Assembly (NCBI GenBank): GCA_965215265.1
Contig: OZ244048.1
Span: 192,001-256,000 of the forward strand
DNA length: 64,000 nt
Direction: 5' to 3'
Source of the DNA: Candidatus Poribacteria bacterium
GTDB taxonomy: Bacteria; Poribacteria; WGA-4E; WGA-3G
A model generated the notes under the pieces. That model worked only from the letters and a program-made list of their open reading frames with translations. It did not search any database and was not told where the DNA came from. A program made the position numbers and the translations under genes. Positions 59,336-64,000 of the stretch are shown piece after piece. How positions within the stretch are numbered: position 1 is the stretch's first letter; every line of letters begins with the position of its first letter.

Positions 59336-59704
59336 ATGCTAATAGATTATCTTCCGATTTTGTTGCTGGGGCTCTTCGCAGTCCTGTTTGCGGGTGTCAA
59401 TCTCGCACTAACCCATATTCTTGGACCCAAACGGCCGACACGCACCAAACTCTCCGTTTACGAATCTGGTGTTCGCCCGGTCGGGGATGCAAGACAGCGT
59501 TTTACGATTCGTTTTGACCTCATTGCAATGCTGTTTATCATCTTCGACATTGAAGTGGTCTTCCTTTATCCGTGGGCTGTTGTTTTCAAGGATTTCTCTA
59601 AAACCAGTGGATTGTTTATTTTATTTGAAATGTTAGTGTTCATCGGCATTCTCCTCCTGGGCTATATCTATGCTTGGAGGAAAGGAGGCTTAACATGGGA
59701 TTAA
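59336..59704 (+). CDS. nuoA: NADH-quinone oxidoreductase subunit A
   Basis: 'YESG', '[15 protein letters not shown]' and 'WRKGGLTWD'. Confidence 0.96.
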   Translation: MLIDYLPILLLGLFAVLFAGVNLALTHILGPKRPTRTKLSVYESGVRPVGDARQRFTIRFDLIAMLFIIFDIEVVFLYPWAVVFKDFSKTSGLFILFEMLVFIGILLLGYIYAWRKGGLTWD

Positions 59705-60228
59705 ATGTTGGAAATGGTGGTGAGCAGATGGATGGCAACATCCTGACGACTACGATTGATAAGGTAGTGAATTGGGGGCGAAAGAACTCCTTGTGGCCGA
59801 TGCCGTTCGGGACGGCTTGTTGTGCAATAGAAATGATGGCGACTTTAGCTTCCAAGTTCGATCTTTCCCGATTCGGTTCTGAAGCGATCCGGTTCTCGCC
59901 GCGGCAATCTGACTTACTCATCGTGTCTGGGCGGATTTCGATTAAGATGATGCCGGTCCTTAAACGCATCTACGACCAGATGCCAGATCCGAAATGGGTT
60001 ATTTCCATGGGTGCATGTGCTTCGTGTGGCGGCGTTTTTGATACCTATACCTTAATCCAAGGCGTGGACCAGTTTATTCCGGTGGATGTCTATATTCCAG
60101 GATGCCCGCCGCGCCCCGAAGATTTGATTGATGCCGTCATGCAGGTGCAACAGAAAATTACGCGTGGCGAGGTTCCCAAAGGGGTAGCAGGACAAAGCAT
60201 CGGTACAGGCGTGATAGCAGCGCGTTAA
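59695..60228 (+). CDS. nuoB: NADH-quinone oxidoreductase subunit B
   Basis: '[10 protein letters not shown]', 'SPRQSD' and 'PGCPPRPE'. Confidence 0.97.
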   Translation: MGLNVGNGGEQMDGNILTTTIDKVVNWGRKNSLWPMPFGTACCAIEMMATLASKFDLSRFGSEAIRFSPRQSDLLIVSGRISIKMMPVLKRIYDQMPDPKWVISMGACASCGGVFDTYTLIQGVDQFIPVDVYIPGCPPRPEDLIDAVMQVQQKITRGEVPKGVAGQSIGTGVIAAR

Positions 60229-60243
60229 TTCAGGAGACAATGT

Positions 60244-60774
60244 ATGAATGAGGAACAAACCGTTCTCGTACTTCAGAAACTTCAAGAAAAATACGCTGAC
60301 ATTCTCTTAGCACAGAATGAAACACGAGATGGAGTTGTCGTTGTTGTTAGCAAAGAGAATGCTTACGCACTTTTGGAATACCTAAAAACTGAGCCTGAAC
60401 TTGCGTACACTTATCTTGTTGATGTCACCGCTGTAGACAATTCGCATCTGGAATCTGAATTAGAGCAATTTGACTATGCCCGGTTCATGGTGGTATATCA
60501 ACTCTACTCATACCAGGGCCATGGTCGCGTTCGCATCAAGGTGCCTATCCATGAACGTGACCTGAGTATCCAATCCGTAACGCGCCTCTGGAAGGGCGCG
60601 AACTGGCTTGAACGTGAAACGTACGACATGTTTGGCATCAAATTTGATGGACATCCGGATCTCCGGCGGATTTTAATGCCTGACGATTTTGATGGCTACC
60701 CGCTCCGTAAGGATTATCCGCTCCGCGGCCGCGGTGAGCGAGAGAGTTTTAATTTTGAGACGCAAAATGTCTAA
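60244..60774 (+). CDS. nuoC: NADH-quinone oxidoreductase subunit C
   Basis: '[25 protein letters not shown]...PLRKDYP'. Confidence 0.96.
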   Translation: MNEEQTVLVLQKLQEKYADILLAQNETRDGVVVVVSKENAYALLEYLKTEPELAYTYLVDVTAVDNSHLESELEQFDYARFMVVYQLYSYQGHGRVRIKVPIHERDLSIQSVTRLWKGANWLERETYDMFGIKFDGHPDLRRILMPDDFDGYPLRKDYPLRGRGERESFNFETQNV

Positions 60775-60785
60775 AGGAGGAGAAC

Positions 60786-61982
60786 ATGCACGCTGATATG
60801 GAGCGGGCAACCGGTGAGAAGATGGTTCTTAACTTCGGCCCGCAGCACCCTGCAACACACGGCACTCTTCGCATTGTGTTAGAACTGGATGGCGAATCAA
60901 TTTTGAAAGCAACTCCGCACCTCGGATATTTACACACCGGGTTTGAGAAACTGGGAGAACACCTGGATTACAATCAGTATATTGTTGTCACTGACCGGAT
61001 GAACTATCTCTCTCCGCTTTCCAATAACTTCGGGTATGTGCTCGCGGTAGAGAAACTCCTCGGTATTGAAGTACCGAAGCGGTGCCAATACATCCGTGTC
61101 TTAATGGCGGAATTGTCCCGACTCGCAGACCATCTGCTCTGGCTGGGGACTGCCGCGCTGGACCTGGGCGCGTTCTCGGTCTTTCTCTACAGTTTCAGGG
61201 AACGCGAGAAATTGTACAGCATTTTTGAGAAAACGACAGGTGCACGGCTTACTACTAGCTACACGCGTGTCGGGGGACTGCTCCGTGATCTTTACGACGG
61301 ATGTGAGGACGATGTTCGGCAGTTCATCACGAATTTCCCCAAAGCGCTAGGGGAGACGCATACCCTCCTCACACGCAATCGTATCTGGATGGATAGGACG
61401 AAGGGCGTTGGCGTAATCTCAGCAGAAGATGCTATTAATTATAGTCTCACCGGCCCATGTCTTCGTGCCACCGGGGTTGAACATGACCTCCGTAAGGCCG
61501 AACCCTACTCTTCTTATGAAGAATTTACCTTTGAGGTGCCTACAGGGACAAATGGTGATGCCTACGATCGCTACTTGGTACGCATGGAAGAAATGATCCA
61601 AAGTTGTCATATTGTACAACAATTGCTGGATAACCTCCCTGAGGGCCCGGTAAACGTAGTGGATAACAAAATCTCGCTGCCTCAAAAGACTGACGCTTAC
61701 GGACACATTGAAGGGTTAATCCATCATTTCAAGATTATCATGGATGGGCACGGTGTACTGCCTCCGAAAGGGGAGTATTATTGTGCTACAGAATCACCTA
61801 ACGGTGAACTCGGATTCTATATTGTTAGCGACGGTAGCGGCACTGGCTATCGCATTCGTATCCGTCCCCCGAGTTTCTTGAATTTCCAAGCACTGCCTCA
61901 CATGTTAGAGGGCGGCATGGTATCTGATACCGTGGCTGTCTTGGGCAGTTTAAACGTCATCGCAGGAGAATTGGATCGGTAG
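60786..61982 (+). CDS. nuoD: NADH-quinone oxidoreductase subunit D
   Basis: 'NFGPQHPATHGTLR', 'ESPNGELG' and 'GELDR'. Confidence 0.97.
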   Translation: MHADMERATGEKMVLNFGPQHPATHGTLRIVLELDGESILKATPHLGYLHTGFEKLGEHLDYNQYIVVTDRMNYLSPLSNNFGYVLAVEKLLGIEVPKRCQYIRVLMAELSRLADHLLWLGTAALDLGAFSVFLYSFREREKLYSIFEKTTGARLTTSYTRVGGLLRDLYDGCEDDVRQFITNFPKALGETHTLLTRNRIWMDRTKGVGVISAEDAINYSLTGPCLRATGVEHDLRKAEPYSSYEEFTFEVPTGTNGDAYDRYLVRMEEMIQSCHIVQQLLDNLPEGPVNVVDNKISLPQKTDAYGHIEGLIHHFKIIMDGHGVLPPKGEYYCATESPNGELGFYIVSDGSGTGYRIRIRPPSFLNFQALPHMLEGGMVSDTVAVLGSLNVIAGELDR

Positions 61983-62056
61983 AATCTGAGCGGTTAACGT
62001 GCCTATCTATACGGAGATTTCCGAATCTGGTAGCACGTTCCAAAGTTCTTTTCAGG

Positions 62057-62084
62057 TTGACCTTTTTTTTATTTCTGGTAAAAT
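62057..62084 (+). promoter_or_regulatory. Internal sigma70-type promoter inside the nuo cluster
   Basis: TTGACC-16 bp-TAAAAT with TG extension, upstream of the VOC gene. Confidence 0.5.
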
Positions 62085-62162
62085 CTTAAATGTTTGGGCA
62101 AAACATCCACTAGAATCGGGTAGACGTGTAAAATGTTATAGCGTCTACTGTCTATAGGAGAG

Positions 62163-62510
62163 ATGTGCATGGAACTTGGCAGCATCATACTTTTTGTCAA
62201 AAACATGAAGGCTGTAATCGCATTTTACAGAGATGTCATCGGGTTACGCCCTGATGACGAGCAGCCGTTCCCGGAACACCGCTTTTTTCGTTTTAATACC
62301 GGGGCATGCAAATTGTGCCTCCATAGCGCAAGTAAACCGAATGAAGGAAGACAAAAGATCGTCTTTCACGTTGAGAGTGTCAATGCCGTTCATCAGGAAC
62401 TGAAGGCGAAGGGGTTGCGATTGCGAAAACTTCAGAATGAAGACGGGCTCGCGTGCTTCGATATTTCTGATCCGGAAGGTAACCGTATTCAGTTTGGCGG
62501 AAAGTACTAG
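62163..62510 (+). CDS. VOC/glyoxalase family protein
   Basis: 'ILFVKNM...FYRDVIGL', 'IVFHVESV' and 'DPEGNRIQ'. Confidence 0.88.
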   Translation: MCMELGSIILFVKNMKAVIAFYRDVIGLRPDDEQPFPEHRFFRFNTGACKLCLHSASKPNEGRQKIVFHVESVNAVHQELKAKGLRLRKLQNEDGLACFDISDPEGNRIQFGGKY

Positions 62511-62748
62511 CCAAGCCTTGAACTTCAGAGAGCACGGGTATCAGCCCAAATAACCTGAAAAGAGGAACAAACTCCTGACAAATACATTTACTTTGGACAT
62601 TAGGCCCATTCAGCTCTCGAGGATTCATTCAAACCTACTTAGCGTCATTATTCTAATTGCGCTCTTGACAATTGTCCGGAACAAACCGATGTATTGTTCC
62701 AATGTAAAGCGAAGATAAATTCTGCTAAACGGATGAAGGAAAACATAG

Positions 62749-63267
62749 ATGTCAGATGAAATCATCCAAATCGAGACACCTTTTCGGTTTACCGAAGAAA
62801 ATCAACAGGAATTTGAGGAACTGATCGGGCGTTACCCGGTTAAGGAAGCAGCAATGCTGCCCACACTTCACCTCGCACAAAAGCAGGCAGGCTACATCAG
62901 TCCTGCTGTCATGAACTACGTGGCATCACTTCTGGAGGTGCCCCTGATGAAGGTTAAAGATGTGGTAACGTTCTATCCGATGTTTTTTGAGGAGCCAGTA
63001 GGGCAGTATGTGATTCGGGTATGCCAGACGTTGCCTTGTGCTTTACGTGACTGCAAAGTCGTTTTGGAACATCTAAAGGCGAAACTTGGGACGGATGTCG
63101 CCTCCGAAACAAATCTTGCTAAAGGTACGACTGCGGATGCTAAATTCACCCTCATGAAAGTCGAATGCCTCGCTTCATGCGATGTTGCACCTGTTATCAT
63201 GGTGAACGACGATTTACATAAAAATTTGACCCCCGAAAAAGTTGACGAAATTTTAGATAATCTGTAG
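62749..63267 (+). CDS. nuoE: NADH-quinone oxidoreductase subunit E
   Basis: 'VVTFYPMF', 'CQTLPC' and 'VECLASCDVAP' [2Fe-2S] ligands. Confidence 0.95.
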   Translation: MSDEIIQIETPFRFTEENQQEFEELIGRYPVKEAAMLPTLHLAQKQAGYISPAVMNYVASLLEVPLMKVKDVVTFYPMFFEEPVGQYVIRVCQTLPCALRDCKVVLEHLKAKLGTDVASETNLAKGTTADAKFTLMKVECLASCDVAPVIMVNDDLHKNLTPEKVDEILDNL

Positions 63268-63300
63268 AAGGAGAGCTCCTGACAATACTGGAGACGATTT

Positions 63301-64000
63301 ATGGTTCAAGAAAGACGCATTCTTTACGAACACTTGGATGTGCCCAATATTAATACCTTTGATGTGTTTCGCCAGTACGAGGGATATACCCGTTTTGAGA
63401 AGACAATCGCAGAGTACCAACCTGATGATATTTCCAAAATCGTGATGGATTCAGGATTGAAAGGCAGGGGCGGGGCAGGGTTTTCCACCGGATTAAAATG
63501 GAGTTTTGTCCCTAAGGATATCAAACCTTGTTATCTCTGTTGCAACGCTGACGAAAGTGAACCTGGCACTTTTAGTAATCGCTATGTGCTGGAAAAGAAT
63601 CCGCATCTCCTCATTGAAGGCATTCTTATCTGTTGCTATGCCATGGGTATTGAGACTTGCTATGTCTATATCCGTGGTGAATTTACGCTCGGGAAAAAGA
63701 AGTTGGATGCCGCCATCAAAGAGGCCTACGCCCACGGGTACCTCGGTAAAAACATTCGCGGTACAGGGTTGAACGTTGATATCTACACGCATCCAGGTGC
63801 CGGTGCCTATATCTGTGGTGAAGAGACCGGGCTCATTGAATCGCTTGAAGGGAAACGTGGACAACCACGGAATAAGCCACCTTTCCCTGCTGTTGAAGGC
63901 GTGTTTAGAAAACCGACCGTCGTACAAAATGTGGAAACCTTGTGCAACTTGCCATTTATTGTCGGAAACGGGGTTGAATGGTACACACAGATGGGCCCAA
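63301..64000 (+). CDS. nuoF: NADH-quinone oxidoreductase subunit F (runs off the right edge)
   Basis: Manual translation from ATG 63301: 'SGLKGRGGAGFSTGLKW', 'CNADESEPGTF' and 'GAGAYICGEETGLIESLEG'. Confidence 0.95.
   Translation, partial: MVQERRILYEHLDVPNINTFDVFRQYEGYTRFEKTIAEYQPDDISKIVMDSGLKGRGGAGFSTGLKWSFVPKDIKPCYLCCNADESEPGTFSNRYVLEKNPHLLIEGILICCYAMGIETCYVYIRGEFTLGKKKLDAAIKEAYAHGYLGKNIRGTGLNVDIYTHPGAGAYICGEETGLIESLEGKRGQPRNKPPFPAVEGVFRKPTVVQNVETLCNLPFIVGNGVEWYTQMGP

Overview
Bacterial chromosomal window that is mostly housekeeping: scpAB-thrC, xylA, cstA, acs, rimP-nusA-ylxR-infB-rbfA-nrnA-ribF-rpsO-pnp, gcvTHP, trkAH, pdxH and nuoABCD-(VOC)-nuoEF. A cohesin/dockerin/FGE-sulfatase protein and an 'AAYWDGRNExGExVASGIYFYTL' C-terminal domain fragment suggest Ca. 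Poribacteria (inference only). No tRNA, rRNA, CRISPR array or transposase was recognised. Four things stand out. (1) Two tandem paralogous Type III-Mod-like DNA methyltransferase genes (31381-34930) have near-identical flanks and unrelated central target-recognition segments. Both are frameshifted at the same poly-G tract (G9 and G8; G7 or G10 would be ON), have no res gene beside them, and lie behind a decayed toxin-antitoxin pair. This is a candidate two-switch phase-variable epigenetic system. (2) A dispersed ~61-bp repeat family occurs as monomers, tandem units and inverted pairs, ends next to several start codons, and has one copy in frame inside gcvP. (3) A secreted cohesin-dockerin-FGE/CLec protein has a 3' end resembling a DGR variable region, with no RT or TR in the window. 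(4) Two tRNA nucleotidyltransferases look like a split A-adding/CC-adding pair.
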